Origin: Dethiobacter sp.
GTDB lineage: Bacteria; Bacillota; Dethiobacteria; DTU022; UBA8154
DNA: 64,000 nt
Direction of reading: 5' to 3'
Assembly (NCBI GenBank): GCA_003605065.1
Contig: QZJM01000063.1
Coordinates: 12,485-76,484, forward strand
Part shown: piece by piece, positions 50,442 to 58,976 of the stretch
How positions within the stretch are numbered: the stretch's first letter is position 1
Layout: each line of letters opens with the position of its first letter
Program-made: the position numbers and the translations under genes
Notes under the pieces: generated by a model
What the model saw: the letters and a program-made list of their open reading frames with translations, nothing else
Databases searched by the model: none
Told to the model about the DNA's origin: nothing

Positions 50442-50605
50442 AAAAAGACCAATTCTACTGCTATTGTTAACAATCTTTTGGGCAAAGAATGGTCTTTTGT
50501 TGTTCATAAGACCGGTGCAACACAATATTTTCTCATTACGCAGTTAATGCCTGTTTATTAAAGCGGCTATATCCTAATAGGAGTTATATGGCCGCTCTAA
50601 TTTTT
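50442..50605 (+). terminator. Two terminator-like hairpins in the riboswitch leader
   Basis: AAAAGACCAATTCT...AGAATGGTCTTTT and AGCGGCTATAT...ATATGGCCGCT followed by AATTTTT. Confidence 0.55.
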
Positions 50606-50667
50606 GAACAGATCAAAAGCGATTTTCAGGTGTAGACAGTAAATAGCTTGCCGGGGGTTAAAATAGT

Positions 50668-51006
50668 ATGCCTCTTAAAAATGTTATAGAAGCCAAAAAG
50701 CAGAAAGGGGAAAAAATTGATAATAAAGTAAGATATATCCAGAAACATAAACCCATATTTTCAGTGCTTGAAAAAATTAAGCTTTGGCCTTCAAGTTCAG
50801 GTATCTTACATGGTATTAAACATTTAACCAGGGATGGCAATTATATAGTAATTGAAACACATTGTCATGAGCAGATAAAGGTAAGGATATCAAAAAACAG
50901 CCGAGCTGCAAGGTGGCTGAGGAACAAGTGGGCTGAAAGGGTATGTACTGTTTGTCGTATTCCGTCCTGGAAAGTTAATAAGTATCTAAATACATCGTTT
51001 AAATAA
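50668..51006 (+). CDS. pylSn: Pyrrolysyl-tRNA synthetase N-terminal subunit
   Basis: KIKLWPSSSGILHGIK, THC, SKNSRAARWLRNKW, CTVCRIPSWK. Confidence 0.95.
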   Translation: MPLKNVIEAKKQKGEKIDNKVRYIQKHKPIFSVLEKIKLWPSSSGILHGIKHLTRDGNYIVIETHCHEQIKVRISKNSRAARWLRNKWAERVCTVCRIPSWKVNKYLNTSFK

Positions 51007-51834
51007 GTGGAGGCATTAATGAAGTTTACTCATGTGCAAATACAACGTCTTATTGAACTTGGTTTAAATACCGGCCTTGAGTATGAATTTGCCAATAGTA
51101 TTGAAAGGGAAGCAAATTTTAAGCAACTGGAAAAAGAACTAGTCAAACAAAACAAAGCTGCATTAAAAAGATTGCATGAAGAGAAACGTCCTTTGCTTAA
51201 AACTGTAGAACAAAAACTTATTGGTGTTTTAACTGAAAATGGATTTATTGAAGTAATCACACCTATTTTAATGTCCAGGGGCTTGCTGGAAAAGATGGGA
51301 TTAACTCCTGAATTATTTCGACAGGTGTTTTGGGTTGATGAGGGGAAAAAAAGGTGCTTGCGCCCAATGCTGGCTCCTCATTTATACTACTTGTTAAGAA
51401 AAATGAAAAAAATATGGCCTGCTCCCCTGAAAATATTTGAAGTTGGACCGTGTTTTCGCAAGGAGTCAAAGGGAGGGTACCATATGGAAGAATTTACCAT
51501 GTTGAATCTGGTGTGCTTTAGCTGTACTGAACCCCTTGCTGAGTTGCTGGATCTGGCTGATAAACTGCTTGACCCTTTTAATATACCATTTAACATTACT
51601 GATGAGTATAGTGAAGTTTACGGCCGGACGATTGATATAGTAGTAAATGATGTAGAAATTGCTTCTGCCGCGGTTGGCCCGCATGAGCTTGACAAAAACT
51701 GGGATATTACCGGCAGCTGGTATGGAATCGGTTTGGGATTGGAACGTTTGGCTATGGTTCTCCAGGGGTATCAAAATATAAGGCGCGTGAGCAGGAGTTT
51801 AAGTTACCAAGATGGGGCCCGCCTTAATATTTAG
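51007..51834 (+). CDS. pylSc: Pyrrolysyl-tRNA synthetase catalytic subunit
   Basis: TxxQxQRLxELG start, CLRPMLAPHLY, FEVGPCFRKES, EEFTMLN, VYG.T.D, GLERL; start may be ATG 51019; ends TAG. Confidence 0.95.
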   Translation: MEALMKFTHVQIQRLIELGLNTGLEYEFANSIEREANFKQLEKELVKQNKAALKRLHEEKRPLLKTVEQKLIGVLTENGFIEVITPILMSRGLLEKMGLTPELFRQVFWVDEGKKRCLRPMLAPHLYYLLRKMKKIWPAPLKIFEVGPCFRKESKGGYHMEEFTMLNLVCFSCTEPLAELLDLADKLLDPFNIPFNITDEYSEVYGRTIDIVVNDVEIASAAVGPHELDKNWDITGSWYGIGLGLERLAMVLQGYQNIRRVSRSLSYQDGARLNI

Positions 51835-51867
51835 AGTTGCACTTAAAACGGGGGTATATTTTTAAAA

Positions 51868-52980
51868 ATGCCGGACGAAAAATTTCCTGTTGAGAATTTC
51901 ACAAGAAAGGCTTTAATGAAGCAGCCGTTAACTGCCTCGGAAATTGCGGCCCTGGTTTACCTGCGTGATGAAGGGCAAATTGCCAGGCTTAAAAAGGGTG
52001 CCTGCCAGATCAGAACACAATTTTTTGGCAATCATGTTTTCCTTTACGGGTTTGTTTATTTTAGCACATATTGTCGAAACCTTTGCTCATTTTGTAATTA
52101 TGCGGCGAAGAATAAGATGAACAGGTATCGCAAATCAGTTCAGGAGATACTGGCAGTATGCAGAAGCCTGCAGTTCTCAGGAGTTCATCTTATTGATCTG
52201 ACCATGGGAGAGGACCCTCATTATTTAACACATGAAGGTGATGCTCTCCTGGAACTGGTTAAATTTGTTCGCTCCCAGGTAGATTTGCCGCTAATGTTGT
52301 CACCGGGAGTTATCGGAGAACATTTGCTTGAAAGCCTGGCTGAACTTGGAGTGGCCTGGTATGCCTGTTATCAGGAAACCTATAATCCTAATTTATTTCA
52401 ACAGCTAAGGGTGGGGCAAAGTTTTACCAGGCGTTTGGGGGCGAAACAGAAAGCCAGAGAAGCTAACCTGCTGGTAGAGGATGGGATGCTGTTGCATCTC
52501 GGAGAGAGTGAACAGGATATTATTTCTTCCATTCTCGCTATGCAAAGACTCGGAGTTCACCAGGCCAGGGTTATGGCTTATGTTCCTCCGGAACCTAACG
52601 GTCTACCTAAAAGGCGCTCTCACAACCTGGAAGAAGAAACGGTTATCGCCATTTTGCGCCATGTTTTTCCGGACAGATTGATTCCCGCGTCACTGGATAT
52701 AGAAGGTTTAAAAGGTCTCTCTTCCCGCTTGAAGGCCGGAGCCAATGTCGTTTCTTCCATTATTCCCCCCATGACCGGGCTAAGGGGAGTATCTCAAACT
52801 ACCCTTGATATTGATGAGGGGAGAAGGACTGTGGAAAACGTCAAAGAGGTGTTGAAATCGCTGAATTTGGAAGTTGCACCTTTAAGTATGTATTTTGCCC
52901 TGGTGCAGCGTTTTAGAGAGGAACAAAGAATGGGAACTATGGGGAATATAGGGGAAGAAAGGGTAGGCTTGCTTCTATGA
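51868..52980 (+). CDS. pylB: Methylornithine synthase (radical SAM lysine mutase)
   Basis: FLYGFVYFSTYCRNLCSFC, DLTMGED, ACYQET, IPASLDIEG, GANVVSSIIP. Confidence 0.95.
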   Translation: MPDEKFPVENFTRKALMKQPLTASEIAALVYLRDEGQIARLKKGACQIRTQFFGNHVFLYGFVYFSTYCRNLCSFCNYAAKNKMNRYRKSVQEILAVCRSLQFSGVHLIDLTMGEDPHYLTHEGDALLELVKFVRSQVDLPLMLSPGVIGEHLLESLAELGVAWYACYQETYNPNLFQQLRVGQSFTRRLGAKQKAREANLLVEDGMLLHLGESEQDIISSILAMQRLGVHQARVMAYVPPEPNGLPKRRSHNLEEETVIAILRHVFPDRLIPASLDIEGLKGLSSRLKAGANVVSSIIPPMTGLRGVSQTTLDIDEGRRTVENVKEVLKSLNLEVAPLSMYFALVQRFREEQRMGTMGNIGEERVGLLL

Positions 52981-53861
52981 CAAGGTTAAAGCAGGAAAAT
53001 TTACTCTCTCTCGATCTTAGGAAATATGATTGTGAACTGGAGGAAAAAGCCGGGAAGACTTTGGCTCAGCTTGTTCAGGAAGGGGCGGGCTTAACTCAAC
53101 CCCTGGAAATGTTTACAAAGGAAAAAGCAGCAGTTATACCGATTACTGCAGGCCTGGGAATAATTACAGGTTTTACTGCGGCAGTGGAATCAATACTTAA
53201 GCATGTGGGTCTTAATGTTAAACTGACGGAAAACACAGATATGGCAGGAATAAGTGAAGCTCTGGACTGGGGTGCAAATCTTCTCTTTTGTGCTGATGAC
53301 AACATCTTTTTCGTGCTGGATATGCTTAGTGGTAGCTATGTTGATAATGCCCTGGCTACAGCGGATATGTTTATGTTTGCGATCAACAAGCTGGCTGATG
53401 GTCTCCAGGGGAAGAGCACTTTGATTGTAGGCCTGGGTAAAGTTGGTAATGCCTGCTTGCTATCTGCTTTGCAGAAAGGTGCAAAAGTGTACGTTTATGA
53501 TAAATTGCCGGAGCATTGTGTAACCGCTGCCCGTAAGTATCCAGGTGTATCCCCGGTAAAGGAATCATTAATGAATGCCTGCCGGAAAGCGCAGGTAATT
53601 ATTGATGCTTCCCCGGAAGGAAGTTTTATCAGGGATGAGTGGTTGTCAGATGATGTGGTAATCGGGGCACCCGGTGTGCCGCTCGGTTTGGAGGAAAAAG
53701 CATATAAACGGCTGTTTAAAAGAGTTATTCATGATTGTCTTCCCCTGGGGGTTGCCGGTATGGTTGCCAAAGTTTTCTCCCAGCGGAAAGGACTTAACAA
53801 GTCTGTAAGAAAGAAGGTGGGATATGAGCAAGTGGTAACAGCACTCGGCAGGCTTGACTAA
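52977..53861 (+). CDS. pylD: Pyrrolysine synthase (methylornithyl-lysine dehydrogenase)
   Basis: MTRL start, PITAGLGIITGF, ADD, GLGKVG, PGVPLG, IHDCLPLGVA. Confidence 0.92.
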   Translation: MTRLKQENLLSLDLRKYDCELEEKAGKTLAQLVQEGAGLTQPLEMFTKEKAAVIPITAGLGIITGFTAAVESILKHVGLNVKLTENTDMAGISEALDWGANLLFCADDNIFFVLDMLSGSYVDNALATADMFMFAINKLADGLQGKSTLIVGLGKVGNACLLSALQKGAKVYVYDKLPEHCVTAARKYPGVSPVKESLMNACRKAQVIIDASPEGSFIRDEWLSDDVVIGAPGVPLGLEEKAYKRLFKRVIHDCLPLGVAGMVAKVFSQRKGLNKSVRKKVGYEQVVTALGRLD

Positions 53862-53963
53862 AGGTGGATAAAGTGTGGAATCTCTTACAAGAGCGTGGGG
53901 GATTCAGGCATCGGGAAAGATGGTCAAGTATATTAAAACCGCTTAACAAAGGAGTGAGCAAAA

Positions 53964-55133
53964 ATGAGTAAACGGCATCTTCTGTTTCTGGTCTCCGGAG
54001 TTGTTGCCTTGCTGGTTTTAAGCACTACCGCTTTCGCCCAGGAAGTTACCCCTCTTGCTGAACAGCTTTTCCGCTATCACCGCGGGCAGGACATCTTTTT
54101 TATGTTCATGCTGGTGGCATTTCTGATGTTGTTCATCAAACGCTATGAGTGGGGCGTTTGTTTGATGACAATGCTGATCATATCGGTTGCCTTTCCTTTC
54201 TATTTTGCAGTGCAGACAATTTATTTTGGCAATGCCTGGAATATGGATCTGATTATCCTGGGAGTAGTCTGTGCCATTACCCTGGTAATCTCTGCAGGTA
54301 TGTTTCTCGGCCAGGTTAAAACATGGCAGTATATAATTATTGGATTATTATTTGTTATCGCTTATTCCATTAATGAATGGTTTCTTTTTACCTACCTGGA
54401 AGGAGTTGCTGATATGGGCGGCAGCCTTCTGGTCCATGCTTTTGCAGCCTACTTTGGCTACGGGATGATCTTGTCGTTACGGCATAAAAAGATCATGGAT
54501 GCTCCCATGAAAGTAACGGTCCACAGCGTTTCTTTTGTCTGGCTGGCATCCATGTTGCTATGGATGCTCTGGCCATCATTTACAACTGCGCTGCTTGCAC
54601 CGGACCAGGTAATCGGCGGTATGCTTGCCACTTACATGGCCTTAATGGCTTCCACTGTGATAACTTACCTGGTGCTTCTGGCAATCCATAAAAAAATCGA
54701 TCCTTTAGTTTATACCTATGCCATCCTGGCTGGTGGGGTAGCTATTGGCTCTACGGTTGATCTTGTCGGGCCGTGGGCTGCTTTTGCTATAGGACTGCTG
54801 GCCGGCATTGTTTCCTCCCTGTGCTTTGTTTACCTGCATCCTACCCTTGAAAAAGTACTGGGTGTTCGTGATGTAATGGGTGTACACAACCTGCATGGTG
54901 TTCCAGGAATTCTTGGTGCTCTTTTTGCTATTCCTTTTGCCGGAGCCATACAGGTTACAGCTGCAGTAGGGACATTTGTAATAGCAATAGTTACCGGACT
55001 GGTTGCCGGGTTGATTATGAGAGCTTTCGGAAGAAACGAGGAATACATCCTAGACGATGCTGAAAGCTTCTCCATGGAAGACGCCAGGGGCACTGAAAGC
55101 GTTTCCATAGGAGAATCAGGTATTTCTGTATAA
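53964..55133 (+). CDS. Amt/Rh-family (Rh50-like) ammonium/methylamine permease
   Basis: Signal peptide, about 11 TM; DMGGSLLVHAFAAYFG, LWMLWPSF, LAGGVAIG, DVMGVHNLHGVPG. Confidence 0.85.
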   Translation: MSKRHLLFLVSGVVALLVLSTTAFAQEVTPLAEQLFRYHRGQDIFFMFMLVAFLMLFIKRYEWGVCLMTMLIISVAFPFYFAVQTIYFGNAWNMDLIILGVVCAITLVISAGMFLGQVKTWQYIIIGLLFVIAYSINEWFLFTYLEGVADMGGSLLVHAFAAYFGYGMILSLRHKKIMDAPMKVTVHSVSFVWLASMLLWMLWPSFTTALLAPDQVIGGMLATYMALMASTVITYLVLLAIHKKIDPLVYTYAILAGGVAIGSTVDLVGPWAAFAIGLLAGIVSSLCFVYLHPTLEKVLGVRDVMGVHNLHGVPGILGALFAIPFAGAIQVTAAVGTFVIAIVTGLVAGLIMRAFGRNEEYILDDAESFSMEDARGTESVSIGESGISV

Positions 55134-55208
55134 TTAAACCCTGTTTTAAATTGGCTGCTCTCATAGAGCGCATACAGCGGGTTTTTTGCTAAAAACCCCG
55201 TAATTCAT

Positions 55209-55280
55209 GGAGGGTTGATCGGCAGGATCACGTAGACTCTAAATCTGCGCAGCCGGGTTTGACTCCCGGACTCTCCTCCA
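55209..55280 (+). tRNA. pylT: tRNA-Pyl (CUA anticodon)
   Basis: 72 nt; acceptor GGAGGGT/ACTCTCC, single-nt junction, GATC D-stem with 5-nt loop, 6-bp anticodon stem, loop CTCTAAA (CTA 55239-55241), CAG variable loop, encoded CCA. Confidence 0.95.
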
Positions 55281-55369
55281 GTTACCCAACAGATTTAGTA
55301 TCCTTGCAAGGAGGTGAATCTTTTGACCGGCATTTAAAAGTTCAATCTTCCGGGAAGGAGGTGATTCTG

Positions 55370-56014
55370 ATGAGTAAAGAAATTCTGGCCAAATTACAAC
55401 GTGCTGTCGAAGAACAGGATGTGGAAGCCGCTGAGGCTGCGGCCCGTGAAGCAGTTGCCGCAGGGATCGATCCCTTTGTGGCTATCAACGAGGGCCTATC
55501 TCCCGCTATGCAGACCATTAGTGATCTGTTTGATGACGGAGAACTGTATGTGCCCCAGATTTTGTTTGCGGCAGAGGCTTTTATGAATGCCATGGCTATC
55601 CTGACAGAAAAGCTTTCGGCAGAAGAAGTAAGCAAAACTAAGCGCGGCAAAGTTATCGTGCATACAGTCCAGGGAGATATCCATGACATCGGAAAAAATA
55701 TTGTCGGCACAATGTTAACAGCCAACGGCTTTGAAGTAATTGACCTGGGCCGCGATGTTCCGATTGATGTGGTTGTGGAGAAAGCAAAAGAGCTCGGAGT
55801 AGACATGGTTACCGGTTCGGCGCTTATGACCACCACTATGCCATCCCAAAGGGATATTGTTAAGGCACTCGACGAAGAAGGTATCAGGGGAAAAGTCAAA
55901 TGCATGTTTGGTGGTGCCCCGGTTACTAAGGAGTGGGTCGACCAAATCGGTGCCGATGGTTATGCAAGTAACGCCTCTGAAGCGGTAATTGTAGCGAAGG
56001 AACTTATGGGTTAA
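55370..56014 (+). CDS. mtmC: Monomethylamine corrinoid protein
   Basis: GDIHDIGKNIV, GSALMTTTM, MFGGAPV; ATG 55370 after GGAGGTGA; adjacent to mtmB. Confidence 0.85.
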   Translation: MSKEILAKLQRAVEEQDVEAAEAAAREAVAAGIDPFVAINEGLSPAMQTISDLFDDGELYVPQILFAAEAFMNAMAILTEKLSAEEVSKTKRGKVIVHTVQGDIHDIGKNIVGTMLTANGFEVIDLGRDVPIDVVVEKAKELGVDMVTGSALMTTTMPSQRDIVKALDEEGIRGKVKCMFGGAPVTKEWVDQIGADGYASNASEAVIVAKELMG

Positions 56015-56042
56015 AAAAATCTTTAAGAAAGGAGTGAGAAGA

Positions 56043-57422
56043 ATGTCTAATGTTCCCAAGGTTGGGGTATTTGAAGCCTATGCCAGGGCAACTACAGGAC
56101 CACGCGTCCCTGAAAAAGACTGGGACTACAAAATCATTCCCCAGGCCGCCAGCCGCCTGAAGGAAAAATACGGCATCAAAATGGATAAAAGGAAGATGAT
56201 TCCCACAGATGAAAATCTAATAAACAATCTCTTCAGGGCAGGCATGGAAATGCTGGTGGAATGTGGAGTTTACTGTATGGATACTGGGCGGGTTATCAAG
56301 TACACCGAAGAAGAAGTCTGGACGGCCGTTAAAAATGCCCCCAGGTGTTTAACGCTCGGTGAAGGCCGTGATTCAAGAGAACTCAAAGGGCGCAGGTATG
56401 ACGACAGCAGGCCGCCTATCATCCAGGGGGGACCTACCGGAGCACCGGTAGCAGAGCAGGACTTTGTAGCCATGCACGAAGCCTATGCCCGTGAGCCGAT
56501 CGTCGATACCATTGTTGACGGTGTTATGCAGACGATCAATGGCTACGATCCGAGGCCTAACACCCCCTTCGAAATTGCGGCGGTCAAGAACGAAGCGATG
56601 ATGATTAGACTGGCACAGGTCCGTGCCGGTCGCCCGGGGATGGGATTGTAGGGCAACGAAACTTCACTCAGTGCCGCAGGGGTTATCGCTGCTGATTTTC
56701 CCGGCGGCATGAGGGCATCAGATAGCCATGAAGTTTCCCAGCTGAACGAGCTGAAGATAGATGTAGGTGCACTATCTTTTGTTGCTCACTATGTTTTGGC
56801 TGGAGATATCATCATGTGTGAACAGATGCCCATCTTGGGAGGCTATGCAGGTGGTCTGGAGGAAACGACCATTGTTGACGTTGCCACCACGCTGAATGCC
56901 TTCCTAATGACACAGGCGCACTGGCATCTTGATGGCCCGATCCATGTGCGGTGGGGGATTACCACGGCCAGAGAAGTGCTGGCGGTAGCCGGCCACTGTG
57001 CACGGGCAATCGAGGAAAATACACATTTACTTCTTGGTAACCAGTATTATACATTGGCCGGTCCCTGCACGGTAATGTGCCTGTTGGAAACGGCAGCCCA
57101 GTCTATCACCGATACAGCCAGCGGCCGGGAACTTGTTTCCGGGGTAGCCTCGGCCAAAGGAGTGGCCACAAACTATACTACTGCCATGGAAGCCCGCTTC
57201 ATGGGTGAAGTGGCCCATGCTGTAGCCGGGATGGATTTAGAAAAGGTTAACGGGATTCTTGATGAGCTGGTAGGTATGTACGAGACCCAGTACAAGACAG
57301 CTCCCAAAGGAAAAACTTTCAATGAGTGCTATGATCTTGTCAGGTTGACTCCTTCTGACGAGTACATGCAGGTTTATAAAGAGGCGTGGGGGATTTTAAA
57401 TAAACTCGGCCTCAAGTACTAA
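56043..57422 (+). CDS. mtmB: Monomethylamine:corrinoid methyltransferase with pyrrolysine (amber read-through), 459 aa
   Basis: ORFs 56034-56651 and 56709-57422 are one frame joined through TAG 56649-56651 (codon 203): RPGMGL-O-GNETSLS...DSHEVSQLNELKID; QGGPTG, HLDGPIHVRWG. Confidence 0.95.
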
Positions 57423-57445
57423 GGGCCAGGGGTAAGATGCAGCAG

Positions 57446-57490
57446 CCTGTACCCCGGTCCGCTTTCTTGGGCCGGGGTACAGGGTATTTT
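57446..57490 (+). terminator. Intrinsic terminator after mtmB
   Basis: CCTGTACCCCGGTCC...GGGCCGGGGTACAGG then TATTTT. Confidence 0.75.
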
Positions 57491-57523
57491 GTTTACGTAA
57501 TTAAAAAAAAGAGGAGAAGAACT

Positions 57524-58087
57524 TTGTTTAATTACTGGCGAAATAAAAAAAAGAAAAGGCTTTTGCTCTCTCTTTTGGAGAAAAAGGCCGCAGAGGCAAA
57601 TCTTGCTGTTATAGTTGTCAGCCCCAAAGAAATTACCGTTCACGAAGGTGTCAGGCTTAAGTGCCTGGTTCCCCAGTGTGAATACTACGGTGTTTGCCGG
57701 CTTTGCCCTCCCAATCTTCCCCCTGTTTCAGAAATACGGGCTGCTTTGTCTTATTTCCAGCAGGCATACCTGGTTGTTCTGAGATATCCTCCGGTTGCCA
57801 GGGAGGAGGTGTGGAAGCCAGAAAAAATCCTGCTGGATACTGTAAACGAACTGGAAAAAGTGGCCTGGTCGAAAGGTTTTTACCGCGCTGCCGGGCTGGT
57901 TGTGGGAGGATGCAAGCTGTGTGAACGCTGCGCGCCTCTGCATGAGCCGTGCCGGCATCCTTACCGGGCCAGGCCCAGTCCTGCAGGTCTGGGCATTGAT
58001 ATTACTATGCTGGCAAAAAGGAAGGGAATACCGCTAAGCTGGCCTCCCGGCGATGAGCTAATTTTTTTGGGTCTGCTCCTGGTATAA
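57524..58087 (+). CDS. DUF2284-like Cys-rich metal-binding protein
   Basis: RLKC...CEYYG...CPP, GGCKLCERC, CRHPYRARPS...GID; TTG start after GAGGAG. Confidence 0.75.
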   Translation: MFNYWRNKKKKRLLLSLLEKKAAEANLAVIVVSPKEITVHEGVRLKCLVPQCEYYGVCRLCPPNLPPVSEIRAALSYFQQAYLVVLRYPPVAREEVWKPEKILLDTVNELEKVAWSKGFYRAAGLVVGGCKLCERCAPLHEPCRHPYRARPSPAGLGIDITMLAKRKGIPLSWPPGDELIFLGLLLV

Positions 58088-58183
58088 AACATTTGGGAAC
58101 AGGGATGGAAAACATTCATTCTACTACGTAACAAGCATACATTATCTATTGATGCGACTGATAGGGTCGTGTGGTTAGTGTAA

Positions 58184-58720
58184 ATACAGGAATTAAACGT
58201 TCCCCGTTATGGAAAAGTTGTGGCTGGTAGCAAATTCACTGTTGTTGCCGCACAAAATCCTTATGACGATGTTGGCACAGTACGCATTAGCCGTGCTTTT
58301 ATGGATCGAATTTGTCGCATTACTTTAGATTATCAAACCGAGGCCGAAGAAATAGAAATTGTTAAAAATAGAACCGGTTTATCTGATGATAATTTGGTCT
58401 TGTGGGCTGTAAAGCTAACGCGGCAGTCACGAAGTCACGATGATATTAAAATGGGAGCTTCAGTGCGTGCTGCCATTGACATAGTTGCCTTGAGCGAAAG
58501 TATGAAAAAAAGAGGGGCTTTCACCAGGGATAATGTTAAAGAAGCTGTTTTTATGGCTCTAAGCAGTAAAATATGGCTGACTGAAATGACCCCCAAAACC
58601 CCGGAACATGTGATACGTGAAATTATCAATGTTGTTGAACAAACAGAGGGGATTAGTTATTTTCCTGCTGCAGGACAAGAAGAACAAAAACCGCAGAAAA
58701 AAAAAGCGATGAACAATTAA
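58184..58720 (+). pseudogene. MoxR/CoxD AAA+ ATPase C-terminal remnant
   Basis: ELNVPRYGKV...AAQNPYDDVGT.RISRAFMDR...GASVRAAID; Walker A/B region missing, TAA at 58181. Confidence 0.7.
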
Positions 58721-58737
58721 AACAGACGGGAAAAAAC

Positions 58738-58959
58738 TTGCCGCTAATCAGGCTAGATCAAGATCATGCAAGTGATCTTTCTTTGCCCTATCGTCTGGCG
58801 ATGTACTACAGTAATAATCCGGAAGAACTAGAGAATTTTTTTGAACAGGATGAGGCCATTACTATTTTCGGCACTTTTTTTGATATGCTTAAGTCGGAGG
58901 CAAAAAAGATAGCTAAGGGTATACATATTTATCTTTTATCTGCTGTATCAAATTTTTAA
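58738..58959 (+). pseudogene. Short remnant, possibly N-terminus of the MoxR partner (VWA) gene
   Basis: 73-codon ORF directly after the MoxR fragment; identity from position only. Confidence 0.25.
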
Positions 58960-58976
58960 TGAGAGGATGTACTTAA

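Noticed and set aside
50424-50561. 45-codon leader ORF after the riboswitch
   Set aside because: Poorly spaced RBS, overlaps terminator hairpins, no recognisable features.
55259-55369. N-terminal extension of mtmC given by the ORF track
   Set aside because: Overlaps tRNA-Pyl; ATG 55370 has a strong GGAGGTGA RBS.
56709-57422. Separate 237-aa gene, or mtmB as a pseudogene
   Set aside because: It is the C-terminal half of mtmB, read through the Pyl amber codon.
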